NCBI GenBank assembly: GCA_013239625.1
Contig: MU054323.1
Coordinates: 6,127,220 to 6,191,219 of the forward strand
Origin: Lama guanicoe
Lineage: Eukaryota
Reading direction: 5' to 3'
DNA: 64,000 nucleotides
In this document: positions 16,379-29,164 of the stretch, piece by piece
Position numbering within the stretch: the first letter of the stretch is position 1
Layout: every line of letters begins with the position of its first letter
Made by a program: the position numbers and the translations under genes
Notes under the pieces: model-generated
What the model was told of the DNA's origin: nothing
The model's input: the letters and a program-made list of their open reading frames with translations, nothing else
The model's database searches: none

Positions 16379-16448
16379 CTCCTGTACCTGAGACCCTTTG
16401 GGAAGGACTGGTCTGACTCCTGTACCTGAGACCCTTTGGGAAGGACTG
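16379..16448. repeat. 32-bp perfect direct repeat, period 38
   Basis: ctcctgtacctgagaccctttgggaaggactg at 16379-16410 and 16417-16448. Confidence 0.95.
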
Positions 16449-17247
16449 TGGCAAAGCGGTGTGCCAGCTCCAACTCATCAGCCTGAGAAGAGCCACAACA
16501 CACTTCCTCTAGGGAGAACAAGGTGGGACTTCCACCCTAAAATTCAGTCCGCGTGGCCTCCCCGCCTTCTCCCTGCCTGCTGTTCTCTAACCTGTTGTAC
16601 AGACCGGCTCTGCTCTAATAAGGAGACCCACACAAAGCCTGGGGTAAAGTGTAGAACACCAGACAGCTCGCTCTCCTGCAGGGCAAGAGGGTAGATTTAA
16701 TGGGTTAGTAGGAGAAGGTAAGTTTACCAGCATTTTACCCATGCGAAGAGCCCCACGCCTTTAACCCCCAGATCTCACCAAGACCTGGTGTCTCCTTGCA
16801 CGAAAAAAATCGGAAGAAGGTAGGTCAGGGTAGGTGGGAATGAGAGTTCTTCAGAGAACTCAGCTGAGGCCTTAGGATGAGTAGACCATACACTTGCCAA
16901 AAATATCTGCCGTGGTATCTTCAGAAACACCAGTCCTAGAGGAAAGGATGGAGAGTGTCCAGAAGATTCCAATCACGAAGAGTTGAAATTATAACCTGTT
17001 ATAAAAACCAAGCAATAGTTTTGTTAGCTCCTTCCTTCTCTGCTCTATTTGCCTAAGTCAAGGGAAATATGTTCTCTGGGTCTATTAAGAGTGTGTAGTT
17101 ATCATAAAAGATACGTGTGTCTGCTATATTAGGCACCCATGTAACCACGGGGAGAGTCTCTCTTGTTGGACTCAAGGTGCTACCATCAGACCTGGCATGG
17201 ATGGTGAGAGAGTTTATTGTGACAGCCTCAAACAGGACATAGGTCAC

Positions 17248-17249
<2 letters not shown>

Positions 17250-17281
<32 letters not shown>

Positions 17282-17289
17282 TGTGTGTG
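17250..17289. repeat. (TG)n microsatellite
   Basis: Direct observation, one interruption. Confidence 0.95.
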
Positions 17290-17414
17290 AACTTTAAAAA
17301 AAATAAATAAAAACTCAGCCAAAATTAGAACAGGAAAAGTATTGTAGTCCATGTGACAAAAGACTAATATCTTTATTAAACAGCCCAAGTAGTTCAATAA
17401 GAAAATGTTAAGTG

Positions 17415-17607
17415 GGCCTCTTTTTGCTCCCTCATCTTCGGGGACGACCTGCACTCTGTCTGTGGAGTGTGTACCTACTTTTACTTTAGCCTGAGTTCCC
17501 AACTCCCAAAACTTGTGGCCTTTTTCTTGCCTTACACTCTATGCAGTATGTATCTCTCTAAATAAATCTGCCTTTACTCAAAAAAAAAAAAGAAAAAAGA
17601 AAAAGAA
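17415..17607 (+). mobile_element. Retroposed LTR-like 3' fragment with poly(A) tail and 16-bp TSD
   Basis: aagaaaatgttaagtg at 17399-17414 and 17608-17623; AATAAA 17561-17566; A-tail from 17580. Confidence 0.8.
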
Positions 17608-20279
17608 AAGAAAATGTTAAGTGATTCCAACTGTTAAATAGGTCATAAACAGACCCCACGAAGAGGAAACATTGCTAATAAACATACAATAAAAAAGTTC
17701 AACATGGATATTTATTAAATAATGAAACTTAAATAATGCGGTAACATCTTTACTTACTATATTACCTTCCCAAACCGAAAAATAAAGGCGGGGAGCTGGG
17801 GGGACTCCAAGTGCTGGTGAGGAGAAGTAGAACTCCTGAGTAGCACCCAGGGCTTTGTAAACTGAAATGGCTCTTAGGAAGCAGTGTGGCAGGTGCCATG
17901 TATCAACAGCCTAGAATACCTAACCCAGTAAATCCACTTCTGGGCATCCATCAGAAAACAGTGCAAATTATGGAAAGAGTCATAATAACTAGCCCCTATT
18001 TATTGACACTAACAATACACTGGACACCACGCTAAGCACTTAAAGCACTGAATCCTCATAATTCTACAAGACAGGCACTAAAGACACGCAGCAATACACA
18101 AAACATTTTAAGAGGAGTGAAAAGGAGGATTTATACTTGTATAGGATTGTGATTATATAAGATATGTATATAAAGATATGTAAGTTATATATAAAGATAT
18201 GCTAATATATTTATATATATATATATATATATAAAAAAGAACATATGTGTAGTCACAAAAATATTAATTGAAATGTGCAGTAACAAAAATATTAATTGAA
18301 CTGGTGGAATTGTGGGCAATTTTCTTTTCTTTTCTTTTCTCCAAAATATGTATAAAGTGGTAACATTACTTTTATAATAAAGATATACATATATATATAT
18401 ATTTTAATGGGGAACAAAGGACAGAAAGTAACCTTTCCTCTACATTTCAGTTGGAGAAATTCTCAAAGATCATTCCTATCTTGGGCTCCATAAGCAATGG
18501 AGAAGTTAGAAAAGGTTCAGAATAATGTAACAAACAATTACAAATAATAGTTTGCCAGTAATAATCACGATTTTTTTTTTAAACCTAAAGGCCAGGAGTG
18601 AATGGATTATATCTTTCAATGCATGAAGATTTATATGAAACAAATGAACACCAACACTTCTCTGTGTTCTTGGAAGGTCAAGAAAGATGAAAAGGATAAT
18701 AACAAAGAGGAAAAATCCCAGTTCAGCATAAGGATATATGTATTAGTGCAAAATTCTGGAATAGGTTACCAAGATCCTTGTGATGGTCTTCTCTAATTAA
18801 ACCTCAATAATATATTTTATAATGTAATTGCATGCATTGTCTCATTTTATCCTCTCAACTACCCTAAAAGGCATAGGACATCATCTTCACTCTTTAAAAG
18901 GAAACAATCTCAAAAAGATCTCAAAAAAGACTTGTGCAGTAATAGTTACACCCCAGGTGTTCTCCATACACTATCACATTTACTGTTCAGCAAACCCTGC
19001 AGAGGATGGTTATCCTGGCTGCACAGGCGAGACCACATGAAGCAGACAGTCAGTCTAAGGCATATCAGAATTCAGATCCCACTCAGTGGGACTCCAGAGA
19101 GGCTGTGCTACAGCACACCACCTTTCCAAGACTGCCTGGGGATGTGCAGCTTTTATGGCTCCGAGACGAAGCCTCCCTCTTCCTCCCCGAGCTACCTCAG
19201 AAATCTGTGTTAAGAAAACAGAAAAACCTGTGAATATGATAGACATTCAGCTCTGTGTTAGACACAGTCCTCTTTAGAAGGAATTTTTGAAATGCCTGGT
19301 GAGAGTCTCAATAACACACTGGCTTCCTCCACTGAAGGCTTTGGCTTTACACGGGAAACTTGGGTCTGGCAGAAGGAAAGAGTCCACTGACTAAGATATT
19401 GCTGCTTCCTCCTGCAAGCCTTCACTCTGCAATGAGCTCCTAAGGAGTTCTTGCTGACCACAACCCCGGTCAGGGAGAGTAAAGGAAAAGGGGGAGAACA
19501 GCATGAGCACTGGCTGCACCATCCTCAGTTCCAAAGGGCATGCCATGACCTTGGCACCCAAGGAGGTAGAAGGTTAATTTTCCCACCTGGGTCAAAGAGC
19601 TGACTGAAATGAGGACCCAATTCCAAGAAGTCTGCCTTTTCCACATGATGGCAAAAATTAAACCATCCAAAAATCTGTGTTCACCTTCCCGGATTTATAA
19701 TCCATGTGCTCTGCTGCTCTCTGTGTCAACACTTGGCGGGCCACTTGGGTTCTTTCCTCATGAAAGATGAGCACAGCCTTTGAGCGGATCACACTAGGTC
19801 AATAAGACTATGATCTTTGCAGGCAAGGGCCACGTCCTCTTATCCTCCCCTACAGGGCACCTCACCCTGATGAGCAGTGGCAGCCAAATTACTCAAACTC
19901 TATTGGCAGCATGAAAAATGTTTTGAGTTATGAAAAGTATAAAGGCAAGGTCACAATTTTGTGCACTGCTCTAGTCATCCCTGTTGTCTACAGATGACTA
20001 AAGAAGCAACTTTTTGTTAAAGGGTTTTTACTTACTGCATGTAAAGAATTCGGCCATTCTTGGAGAAGCTAGCCACTGCTAGTGCAAACCTGTGCACACC
20101 GGGACCCATCTGCGCTATCTCCTCAGGGCTTTGGCCCTGGGACCTTTGAGTTCCTGCTAGTAAAAATCAGTCTCTGAAGCTCTTCAGTTCACCCCCAACA
20201 TTCTCCAGTACCTCTCTATAGCCACTGCCCTATTTTCAGGCCTTATCACTCCTCCTTCGTTGTTGCTACAGCCTCTTTT

Positions 20280-20775
20280 TTATGTTATTTTTTTAAATAA
20301 CAGCTTTATTGACATATCACATATGATAAAATTGACACTTTAAGAGCACAACTCAGTGGTCTTTAGAATATTCACAGGGTTGAGCAACCACCATTATCTA
20401 ACTGCAGAACACTTTCATCATCTCAAAAAGAAACCAATATTCATTAGCAATCATTCTCTATTTCCCTCAACCCAGCACATGGCAACCACAAATCTACTTC
20501 CTGTTTCTATGGATTTACCTATTAGGACATTTCATACAAATCGTATTACAGGATATGTGGTCTTTTGTTTCTGGCTTCTTTCACGTACCATAGTGTTCTC
20601 AAGATTCACCCCTGCTGGAGTACTTACCAGCACTTCATTCCTTTCTATGGCCAAATAATATTCCATTGAATGAGATACATTTTGTTTAATTCTTCAGTTG
20701 ATGGACATTTGGGTTCCTTCCTCAATCTAACCACTAAGAATAATGCTGCTATAAACAACTGTATACAAGGTTTTG
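20280..20775 (-). mobile_element. Old L1 (L1MB-like) 3' end
   Basis: cagctttattgac...caaccacaaatctactt...atggacatttgggtt is the antisense of an L1M 3'UTR. Confidence 0.75.
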
Positions 20776-23700
20776 AGATTAAATGAATTTGGGAAATGCT
20801 GGGAAACAAGGTTAAATTTGAACTTCTGTGTCAAAAACAGACTAACAATCATTCCAATTTTACTGAAGTGAATACACAAAGTAGTGTTTTCTGAACTTAT
20901 TTGACCACAAATTATCCCCACCCCCCAAATCTAGAAAACGTTTCTTCTCTTCTAACTTATGACCCAAGTTCAAACAGTTACATGGGATTCTAGGGTCAGT
21001 ACGTTCTACCCCTCATCTTTGAAAGAAGCACATCAGAAAGGAAAGGTAATATTGTGAAATATTCAGAAGGAAATTTAGAATTCTCAAAATACTGAAGGAA
21101 AAATTGATACATTTTTATATGGTAGCAAAGGAATAAGATCAGTGTTCTTTGAAGTTAACAAAATCCTTTTTCTGACTACAGCAAATAAGCTTCACTGCAA
21201 TTTTCTAAGTTCCAAAAAGACTTCAGCATCCCCTATACTGCAATATATATATTAAAAGAAAAACAACTGAAAAAGTGAAATAATGGCAAAACAACCATTC
21301 TACACAACAACTATAATACTCAACCCACATTTCCAATGATAGTTGCCAAAGTGTGACCTGATAATTTCTGGAAAAGACTCTTGGGCATTTTGTACTTTAT
21401 TAATCTTGAAGAACATGACAATCTTCTCAACACGTAAGCTGCAACACATAACAGAGGAATTAATCACTTGTCCCATCAATGTTTAAAATTCAAAAACTTT
21501 CACATTAATTCCAGTATTATTATTAGAATATATTAAGACATAAAAATATTCTAATATCTGTTTAGATTACCATTTGTGGTAATAGTGAGACAAAGATTCA
21601 TCCAATTCCTGCTATAAAATCTTGAGCATATCTGGAAAAGAAAAGTTTTTGATGATCTTTTGCTTTTTTGTCTCTATAGATATACATTTAAGCTCAAACA
21701 ATGTGGAAATTAAGTGTAAAGAAACATTCCAAAGATGTGAAACTAATTTCTTACAGTGTGATAGGCAATTACTCCTTTCTCTGCTACAAATTCCATTTAA
21801 AACAATCTTATTAAAGAAATTTCTTTTTTAAACTGTCATAAACTACAGAACTGAGAGCTTACTGATGTTTCCTTTAAATATGTGAAGTAATTTGAGACTT
21901 CCCACTACAAATAACTTTTATTTCAGAAACATATTAAGTATAATGTTACTTGAGGATTGTCACATTTCTTTTTTAAAAGGACATTCTGTTTGCAAAGTCT
22001 TGTTAAAATACTTCGCACTTATTAAAATGCTAAAATAGAAATTTGTAATTAATTTCCAACACTTTCTCAAGGAACTTTAAGCTATAAGCAAAGAAACTAT
22101 ACAGAATGTTTAGAAATAATGCTATCTCCTATCAAAATTAATTTTGCTTTGTTGTCATAATGAGAATGTTAGAAAAGCTCTGTAGTCTGTGTAGAGAGCT
22201 GTAGACATATGACTCAGGCAATTCGTGTTTGTTTTTTTTTTTATTATTATTAATAGTTCCATAGTTTCTTAAGCCTGTCATTTTGCTGGTGGCTCTCAAG
22301 TTCCTGTGACAATATACAATTTTGGAGCAAAGCTTACTGATTTACCATTTGCAAAACCAGAAATCCCGGAGCATTTAATAACCTATCAGAGATCAAATAT
22401 ATTAAACTGTACCTGACATTGGACCTTTTAAAAAAACCTGTTCTACCTAAGAAATCTCAAACTCTATGCTCTGCCCAAAGTCTCCAACCAGTACATTCAC
22501 ATGGCTCCTCTCATCGATTTGCTCTTTGGTTTTATACAGACATTCAGTCCCCAGATCCTTTCCATTGTCTTCCAATTTAGTAACCCCACTCTGGTTTTAT
22601 TTCCATTTATACCCAGGAATGGAATTCTTCTCCCAAAAGTTATCTCAACTCTCTAACATTCTGGTCCTTCAGTTGGACCAACAATCCTAATTATAGTCCT
22701 ATCCAACTATCAGCCTCCGCTGAGGTTTCATTTGGGGAGATACCTGCAAGGGGGAGAAACCCACATTCACACAGGCTGGCACCACTATAATACACGTCCC
22801 CAGCCCTCACCTGTGCCCTTACCTTATTCACATCTGTTCCTGGAGCGCTCCCTTCTCTCTTTCCATCAGTGACTTCTAAACCTTCACCACTTCTCCTTAA
22901 ATTTCTTACTTAGAACCCCTCAATCACTCTTATCAGAAAAGCACACCTTTTCATCAAAATAACTAATGCAGAGGATGGTGGCAAGTGACAGTACAGTTTT
23001 TTAAATCTTCCTGAATTGACCATTAAAAACAGAGAAACCAGGCTGAAACATATAAAGACTCGAGGATAATATCTAAAACAAAACTAAATAACAAGGAATC
23101 GCCAGACTCCAAATCCCAAGCGAGTTGGATCAAACCACTAACCCCTATGAGACTGTGGTACACGTGTGAGAACAAAAGAAGAGGACAGTTATTGGCATCT
23201 AATGAAAGTAAGAACCACCCCTCTGCCACAGAAAAAGCTCAGGTAGGTGGGGCGTGAGAGGGTTCCTCAGAGCACCTGACGCAGAAGCGTCCTGTACCTT
23301 CTAGTTCTGTGATAAGTACGAGCCTTGTGAATTAGCAAAGCTAATCTGCCAAGGCCCCATTTCAGGACCAAGCACCGTAGTAAGACCAAACTACTAGGGA
23401 CAGAATCTAAACTGGACAGCAGAGGGACAAAAGAAGAATTCAGATAAAAGTTCTGGAAGGGAACAAAGTAAGGAGATTTCGGAAAATAAGCAGTCATATA
23501 CTTACAAACACTTCACAAAAATAACAGGAGAGAGAGCTCTAGAGCCATAAAATTCAGGCGTCCTTGTAAAAGTTCAAGGAAAGTAATTTCATATAAATAT
23601 GAGGAATAAAAGGGTTGAGGGAAAATCCCAGATAAATATATTACAAGGAAAAACTTTAAAGAAAGCTACCCCTTCGAGCAATAAAGGCCCTCCAGAAAAA

Positions 23701-24571
23701 CATGCCCACACAAACGTGAAAACTATAACCTACTATTTCAAAACAAGCAAAAGGACAAAAATAGTAATGGAAGAATGAAAGAACAATTTAAGCCAGAATT
23801 AGAAAAACTCACAAAGGATGTGAAATAACTCAGAAAGAATTAGAAAAACAATCATGTTAGAAATGTACACTAAAGTAGAAAGAACATAAGAGTTAATAAA
23901 AAACAGATAATGCCTTAAGACAAATAGAACAGGGAAAAAGGCAGGAAATTTTTTTAAGTAACAAAATAAATGAAGAAACTCCTGGTTCTGGATAGGACTG
24001 AGTAAGCATACTACACTCTCTCTCTCCCACTGATTACAACTAAAAGTCCTGGACAGCAGACATAAAGCAATATAATCAATTGCCAAGGGCTCTGAAAACT
24101 AAATAAAGCATGTGAACTCAGTAGGAAACTCAAAATTCAAACAATGACCCACAAAGTGGTGAGTTCCCTAGTTTGTCTTTTATTGCCTATATCCCCCAAC
24201 TTATATTCTAGGGCAGCCAGAATCCCAGAAGAAAAATGCTCTCCCTACACCCTCCAGACCCAAACCCAGGTGAGCCCCAGTAATGAATCTGCCTCCTCAT
24301 GGTAGTAGTGACAGTGAAAACAGGTGTAACCCTGAAGATTCTTTTCTACCTTTCTAGAAAGACAACCAGGAGAGGGGGTTCTTGGGAAACTGACAGTGTG
24401 AGAGAAGATCACAGAGTAGGGGGCTGGAGAATCAAGCCCTTTAAATTACTGAATGAGATCCTGAGTTGCACATGCATAGAACTGACCAGGGTCAACAGAG
24501 CAAGAGCTGTGAGATCCAAACCATGATGGAGACCACCCCCATGTCTTGCTAGATTGGCCCATATGGAGAGT

Positions 24572-25055
24572 TGTATTAGTTTCCTATGGCTGCTGTAAAA
24601 AATTACTGCATTTTAAACAGAAATTAACACAACATTATAAATTGACTATACTTCAATTTTTCAAAAATTACTATGTTTTAGTGGCTTAGGACAACACAAA
24701 TGTATTATCTTATGATTCTGGAGGTGAGAAGTCTAAAATGGGTCTTATGGGCCAAAATCAGGTGTCAACAGAACTGTCTTCCTTCCTGGAGCTCTAGGAA
24801 AGCCTTTTTTTTTTTTTTTTTTTTTGCCTTTTCTAGCTTCTAGGGGCTGCTTGCATACCTTGGCTCAGCCCCGCTTCCTCTGCCTTCAAAGCATATCACT
24901 CCAACCTCTGCTTCTGTCAGCACATCTCTTTCCGACTCTGATCTTACCACCTCCCTCTTATAAGTGCCCATGTGATTACACTGGGCCCAGTCAGATAATC
25001 CAGGATAATCTCCCCATTTCATAATCCGTAATCATATCTGCAAAGCCCCTTTTAC
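24572..25055 (-). mobile_element. MLT1 (MaLR) solo LTR
   Basis: tgtattagtttcctatggctgctgta...tctggaggtgagaagtc...atctgcaaagccccttt, MLT1C/D-like. Confidence 0.8.
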
Positions 25056-25199
25056 AATAGATACATTGAAAAAGAATATTAAACATGTTTAAATAATCCA
25101 AAAGACTCCAAGAAGGGGGAAATATAGAGGTATAAAAAACAGAGGACAGACAGAAAACATATAATAAAATGACAGAGTTAAATCCAAACACATCAATAA

Positions 25200-25990
25200 T
25201 TACATTAAATGTAAACCACTTTACACCCATTAAGATGGCTGCCATCCAACACACACACACACACACACACACACTCAGCAACAACAACAACAAAACAAAA
25301 ACAAAACAACAAGTGTTGGTGAGGATGGGGAGAAATTAGAAACTTTGTGCACTGCCGGTGAAAATGTAAAATCGTGTGACCATGATTATAAACAGTAGGG
25401 TGTTTCATCAAACAATTAAAAATAGAATTACCATGTATGATCCAGCAATTCCTCTTCTAGGTACATATACAAAAGAATTGAAAGCAGAGACTCAAAGAAA
25501 TATTTATACAGCCACATTCACAGCATTACTCATAATAGCCAAAAGGTAGAAGAAACTCAAGTGCCCATTAATGGAATTTTCTTTAAATGGTATATACATA
25601 AAATGGAACAGTATTCAACCTCAAAAAGGAAGGAAATTCTGACACATGCTATAACATGGATGAAACTTGAGGACATTATGCTAAGTGAAATAAGCCAGTC
25701 ACAAAAGGACAAATTCAGTAAGATTCCACTTACATAAGGTACTCAGTCATATTCATAGAGATAACATAGAATGGTGGTTGCCAGAGGCTGCTGGGAGGAG
25801 GGAATGGAGAGCTGTTCTTTACTAAGTACAGAGCTTCAGTTCTGTAAGTAAGAGTTCTTGAGATGGATACTGGTGATGGTTGTACAACAATGTCAATGTA
25901 CTTAATCCCTAAATGAACTGTACATTTAAAAATGGTTAAGATGGTAAATTTTATGTTGTGTATATTTTACCACAATTCTTTAAAAATTAC
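25200..25990 (+). mobile_element. L1MA/L1MB-like 3' end with internal (CA)n
   Basis: gatccagcaattcctcttctagg...tgctaagtgaaataagccagtcacaaaagg...aaaatggttaagatggtaaattttatg. Confidence 0.8.
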
Positions 25991-26109
25991 ATTAAATGTA
26001 AATAATCTAAACGCCCCATTTTAGTTTTTAAAGACTAAAAAGATCCAGGTTTCTTTCTAAAAGAAGCCCACTTAAAACATAACAATACAGAGAAATTAAA
26101 AGTAATAGA

Positions 26110-27260
26110 GACATGGTTATGAGAATGAAAAGACAAGCCACAGACTGAGAAAATATTTGTAAAATACATATCTGATAAAGGACTGGTATCTAAAGTATAC
26201 AAAGAAACTTAAAACTCAACAGGAAGAAAACAAACAATCCAACTGAAAAATAGACAAAAGATTTAAACATCTCATCATATACAGATGGCAAATAAGTATT
26301 TGAAAAAGATGCTAAACATCGTATATCATTAGGGAATTTCAAATTAAAACAACAGTGAAAATACCATTACTCACCTATTAGGCCAAAATCTAAAACACTG
26401 ACATCATCAAATTCTGGTGAGAATGTGGAGCAACAGGAACTCTTATTTGTTGCTGGTGTGAGTGTAAAATGGTAAAGCCATTTTGGACAACAGGTTGGCA
26501 GTTTGTTACAAAACTAAAAATACTCTTTCTAAGATAATCCAGCAATCGTGATACTTGGTATTTACCCAGTGAGCTGAAACTTATGTTCACATAAAAACCT
26601 GCATATGAGTATTTACAGCAGCTTTATTCATGACTACCAAAACTCGGAAGCAAAGAAGATACACTTCAGTAAGCAAACAGATAGCAAACTATGGTATATC
26701 CATTACAAGGGAATATTATTCAGTGTTAGAAATGAGCTATCAAGCCACAAAGAGACATGAAGGAACTAAATGCATATTGCTAAGTGAAATAAACCAATCT
26801 CAAGGGGTTACATACTATATGATTCTAACTCTATGACATTCTGGAAAAGTCAAAGCTATGGAGACAGTAAAAAGACTAGTGGTTGCCAGGGCAGAGCAAG
26901 GAATGAACAGGTGGAGCACAAAAGACGTTTAGGGCAGTGAAGTTAGTCTTACTGATACTGCAATGATGGATACATGTCAATACGTACATTTGTCAAAACT
27001 CATCAGACGTATAATACAAAGAGTGATCCCTAATTGTAAACTATGGACTTCAGTTAATAATAATGTATCAGTATTTCCTCATAAATTGTCACAAATGTAC
27101 CACAGTAATGTAAGATGTTAATAAGGAAGAAAACAGGTGGGGGGGACAGGTAAGAGGATACAAGGGAACTCTGTACTTTATGCTTAATTTTTCTGCAAAC
27201 CTAAAACTGCACACACACACGCACAAGCACAAAACACATGTCTATTAATTTTAAAAAAGC
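26110..27260 (+). mobile_element. L1MC-like ORF2 end and 3'UTR
   Basis: gaatgaaaagacaagccacagactg...taaactatggacttcagttaataataatgtatc...aacctaaaactgc. Confidence 0.75.
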
Positions 27261-27879
27261 AATGTGCAAAGGAGTACCTATGATAACTCCCTCTTGTGTA
27301 AGAATAAATGGAGAAAATAAGAAAATATATGTGTAACTGTTTATTTAACAGAAGAAACACCAGATAAACTAATGAGACTGCTCATTATCCACAGTGGAAG
27401 GAATGGGGGCAGTGACACATCTCTGGGCCTATTTTGCACAGTCATGACTTTCTTAAATATGTCACTGTTTTACATTCCAAAACACACAAACAACAAGAAT
27501 GAGAAGGACCTTAAAATTGAACACAAATAACAACAACAAAAAAAGAACTTAACTATACTTTATTTCAAAGAATAACATAACCATAGTAGATGAGGGTAGA
27601 GGAGATTAACCCAAGTAACTTTTGAATACAGAATTTAGACAATATACCTTTAGACTAAAGACAAAAAGCACTATAAATAGAATTTGAACTCTGTTTAGTA
27701 GGCTTAGATTTTTGGTGGTGTGGGCTAACTTACTTAACTACTTTTTATGTAATAAAGAATTCAGAAAATAAATATATTCAGGATAAAGGGAGTCATACAT
27801 TTCTTGTCGGAGAAGGAAGATCCATAAATGGAAAGATAAAAGGCTATGGGAAAAGAAAGTGAAATGATAGGAAAAAACT

Positions 27880-28465
27880 AATTTGAACACTAATTTAAAA
27901 AAATTGAAGTAGCTATATTAATAACAGCCAAGGAAGACTCTGAACAAGGACAATTAAAAGGACTGAAGAGGAATATTACATAATGAGAAAAGGTTCAATG
28001 CACCAAGAAGACATAACAATTCTAAATGTGTATACAACTAACAACAGAGGTTCAAGATATAAGAAGCAAAAACTGACAGAACTAAAAGGAAAAACAGACA
28101 AATCCACAGTTACGGTTGGGGAGTTCAACACTCCTCTCCCAGAAATTAATACAAGTAGACATAAAATCAACAAGGATATAGAAGATTTAAACAACATGAG
28201 CAACTAGTGTTATCAAGCTGAAATTTATAAAACCCTCCACCCAATGACAACAGAACACACATTCTTTTTTTCAAGTCAACCTAAAACATTAAGCAAGATA
28301 GATCATGTGCTAGGTAACAAAACAAACCACAATAAATTTAACAGAATTAAAATCACACAGACTATGTTCTTTGACCACAATAGAATTAAATGAGAAGTCA
28401 GTAACTCAAAAGCTGGAAAATTCCAAATATTTGAAAACTAAACAATACACATTTAAATAATCAAT
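27880..28465 (+). mobile_element. L1 ORF2 endonuclease-domain remnant
   Basis: ORF 27983-28207 KGSMHQEDITILNVYTTNNR...VGEFNTPL matches the L1 EN domain; disrupted. Confidence 0.85.
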
Positions 28466-28934
28466 TTGGGGAGAAAAAGAGCATTTTAATTGGAATGGAG
28501 CACCTGGAAAGCTTCTGGATTGGCTAACAACATGTTATTTTCTTTACCTGCATGATGGTTGCATCTTAAAACCGTTTATGATAAGCTACATGTTTGTTTT
28601 AAGCAATTTTCGCTATCTATTATGTTTTGTAATAAAAAAGGTATAAATTCAACACATGCGTAAATATTTGATAGGAAAAGGATGACACAATCAGGAAATT
28701 TCATTTCCTAAACTTCACAATACCCCATCCCCTCCCTAAACTTACCACCTCCAAACTGTACCCCCAGTTTCTAGTCTTCAGAATAAAATATCCTTATTCT
28801 TACTCAAGACCAACATTCCCACCTACGCTCCTGATTTTATACCCTCCCGTCTGGAATCTTGATCCATTAATAATGATTTGTTCCAAATCTTCAACATCCA
28901 ACTGTTCTAGTGAGGAAACAGGGTAACGGTAAAC

Positions 28935-29160
28935 AGCTGGGTTATTGCATCAAAATCCCTGGGTTCAAATTCTGTTTCTGCTCTTGACTAGTTGTCAGCC
29001 ATGTAACAATCTCTGTGATTAACTCTCCTCATTAGTAAGATGAGGAAAACAGTGTCTATGTCACAGGGATGTTGTGAAGAGTAAATGAGTTAACAGATGT
29101 AAAGCCCTTAAAAGAGGGTCTGAAATCCAGTATCTTTTCAATAAATGTTAGCTACTATTA
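28935..29160 (+). mobile_element. MIR SINE
   Basis: cctgggttcaaattc...gttgtgaagagtaaatgagttaa...caataaatgttagcta. Confidence 0.75.
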
Positions 29161-29164
29161 TCTC

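Noticed and set aside
16379..16448. CRISPR-like repeat-spacer appearance
   Set aside because: Only two copies, 6-nt spacer, mammalian DNA, no cas genes
18251..18300. Duplicated acaaaaatattaattgaa
   Set aside because: Ordinary slippage in AT-rich degenerate repeat sequence
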